A DNA stretch of 64,000 bases, from positions 930,001 to 994,000 of the forward strand of contig CM060734.1 of NCBI GenBank assembly GCA_030704615.1, written 5' to 3'. Both the position numbers and the translations under genes were made by a program. Below, piece after piece: positions 61,801 through 64,000 of the stretch (position 1 is the stretch's first letter; each line of letters starts with the position of its first letter). This stretch comes from Takakia lepidozioides. Its lineage: Eukaryota; Plantae; Bryophyta. The notes below the pieces were generated by a model. That model was not told the origin of the DNA. It saw only the letters and a list, made by a program, of their open reading frames with translations, and searched no databases.

Positions 61801-63762
61801 CAACGACAAATCAGCCTCATAACAAGGCACTATCTAACTTCACCTTCCATAGGCAGTATCTTACCTGATAAAAACTCGTGTCATCTTCCTGAAAACACAT
61901 GAAAAAAAAAATTAGGGTGGGAGGGTGGGATTTCCAAGACAACCATCGCCCTAGATTCAGATGTCATTCATCATTGAAGGAGTCTTGTTTTTCTTATAAA
62001 ACAATCGGGACAAACACCACCTTTGGTACATACCAGATCAACATAAACACTTGAGCCTTTGAGAATGAGTTGCAGGTGTTGCAATTCCAAGAGCCCAGCC
62101 TGATAATGTAGACCAGCCAGCATGCTATGTCTATGTTCCATGAATGCACAAAGGTCTGGATCTGGTTTTCCAATCATCGATCTCCAAAACTCAATCAGAG
62201 TGGAGTGCTACAATGAGCATAATCAGAACTTTATAGACAACGCCAGCTCTTCCAAAAGGCTAGTTTGATAAGTTAAACCAGCCCCTATGTATTTTGAAAA
62301 AGCCCAACAAGACCACTGCTTGGTATTCTTCCAAGTCAAGTACAGCTTGGTACTTTCCAAGTTAACATAGTAAAACTGAACCTGTTTCAAATTCAAAGGA
62401 TGGTTCGCAACCTTAAAACAGGTGTTATGTAATCTGAAAAGCCCATCACGCCAGCTGCTTGGTAATCTCCAAGTTAGAACAGTGTAACCAGGGCTGTTTT
62501 AAATTTAGAACTTTGACCTCAATGTTCAAAAAGTATCGCTTGGTACTTACCGTGTTAAATCAGCATAAGAAGGCCTATCTCAAGCATCATCGGATAGCCT
62601 TATAAGGTCTGGAGATGGTACTCCAGCACCATATCAAAATGCACCCGAAGCTCAGACTGGTATCATGCCAGAAAACTGATTTACAATCGGGTTGAAAACC
62701 CCACTAATATGGTGCCAAAGTTCGGACTGGTATCATACCAGAAAACTGACTTATAATCAGGTTACAACCCATAAAAACCAAAAAGGATCAAGGTTGAGAG
62801 GCCGAATCGTATCAGATGCCCCACTGAAGCAGTATGTAGCGTCAATCGTCACCATCGCCAAGTCCTTTGATCATCTGCAAACTGAAAAAATACACATCCA
62901 GTGAAGACCCTCACCTGTGCCCGTCCCAAAAACCACCACATCAAGATGTGTGTCAGTGAGGATGCACGAGGTGAGTAGCAGGTCTTCACAGTTGCTATCC
63001 ATGTCCAACATGCATTCTACAGTGAGCAAATTGATCAAAAGTAAAACATAGATGCGACACCACAAAGAACTTTAATCGTTTGTGGAGTGGGACGCTGCGG
63101 CATTCAACACCTGAATCTCAAGAGATCACAGCAGAATGCAACAAATTGGGATACTTGAGGACAAATTGCATATTTTACAAAGTGCACGATACTTCCCCCA
63201 TCACCTTATGAGCGCCGCTGCTTCACGAATAAGAAAGATTGCAGGCAAACACAGCAGTAGGTCATTTGCCAGTGCGGGAAATGGAAGAGTCTGCCGCCAT
63301 CGCGCAAGAAAAAACAAAATGCACGCGCATCGTGATGCTGGAGCACTCAGCTCAGCCGCCATCGCCATCCTCCAGAGAAAACAAGCACGAGTATCGTGCC
63401 GTGCTTAGGGCAGAGAGGCGGTTAGCAAACCATCCCGCGATGTCATCCACTGGGATGAAATTTTGCACTTCATTAGAGTTACATCCTCTTAGGTTTACAT
63501 CCGTCAGGGTAACATCCAGGATGGATGTAATCCGTCATGGATGAAAAATTGCAGGCTACATCCTTAGTGGTAAGGCTCGAGACAACAATTCATCCAGTCA
63601 GGGATTATACCTGGCATATTTTTCATCCGGTATGGATGAAATTCAAAACATATTCCATTAGGGATTAGAAAGAAGGTATTTCCAAACCAGGTAGGCTTAG
63701 GAAAATAATTGTTAATCCCAAACAGATAATTGGAGAGAGGGAGAGAGGGGGCGCCCACCATC
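58834..63762 (+). repeat. Direct duplication: 58834-~60556 repeated at ~62040-63762
   Basis: Near-identical sequence at an offset of ~3.2 kb. Confidence 0.9.
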
Positions 63763-64000
63763 AGATAAGATACTGCCTATGGAAGGTGAAGTTAGATAGT
63801 GCCTTGTTATGAGGCTGATTTGTCGTTGATTTGACAAAGACCTTGTTTGGTCTTGTCCATGTCCCGACAAGACATAGTATCTTCTTTCTCTATTCTTGAC
63901 CAGTGTACTCAGTGGTTTCTGTACACTCTCTCTCTCTCTCTCTCACCTGCCATTTTCCAGTTTTCTTACTATGATGTACTAACACCTTTAATGGAAAGCC
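63763..64000 (-). repeat. Inverted copy of ~61623-61865 including the (GA)n microsatellite
   Basis: Reverse-complement match, e.g. CTAACTTCACCTTCCATAGGCAGTATCTTA vs TAAGATACTGCCTATGGAAGGTGAAGTTAG. Confidence 0.9.

Noticed and set aside
59487-63761. Host gene after the gap
   Set aside because: Only short ORFs without recognisable domains; no exon structure could be supported.

Overview
Eukaryotic plant DNA, probably a non-seed land plant (TTTAGGG telomere repeats, PLS-class PPR remnants). It is almost entirely transposon-derived and I can support no intact host gene. Bases 1-21 kb hold a nest of degenerate retroelements: an APE-type LINE with a 2A-like peptide, a PHD-finger Ty3/gypsy fragment and an Athila/Tat-like gypsy with extra 3' ORFs. 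An inverted-repeat satellite follows and ends in TTTAGGG repeats at ~21.9 kb. From there to an assembly gap at 58.3 kb the sequence reads like a history of chromosome-end extension. Blocks separated by short TTTAGGG tracts, all in one polarity, consist of (i) two 5'-truncated copies of a Penelope-like retroelement (PLE) with no C-terminal endonuclease and (ii) head-to-tail arrays of a non-coding ~1.15-1.35 kb unit. Both carry a type I hammerhead ribozyme on the minus strand just downstream of a TATA box: 17 copies in three sequence families. They also share a GGGGGGCCRGTT motif near the telomere junction, and the non-coding unit contains its own telomere-complementary seed. My main hypothesis is a telomere-primed, ribozyme-processed (possibly circular-RNA, rolling-circle) retrozyme family mobilised by the PLE RT. 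An 11.6 kb Ty3/gypsy element is inserted in the first array. It encodes a DNMT3/DRM-like cytosine methyltransferase between protease and RT and a PHD finger after integrase, and its two termini do not match. After the gap there is a local direct duplication plus an inversion. Coordinates were read by eye and may be off by a few bases.
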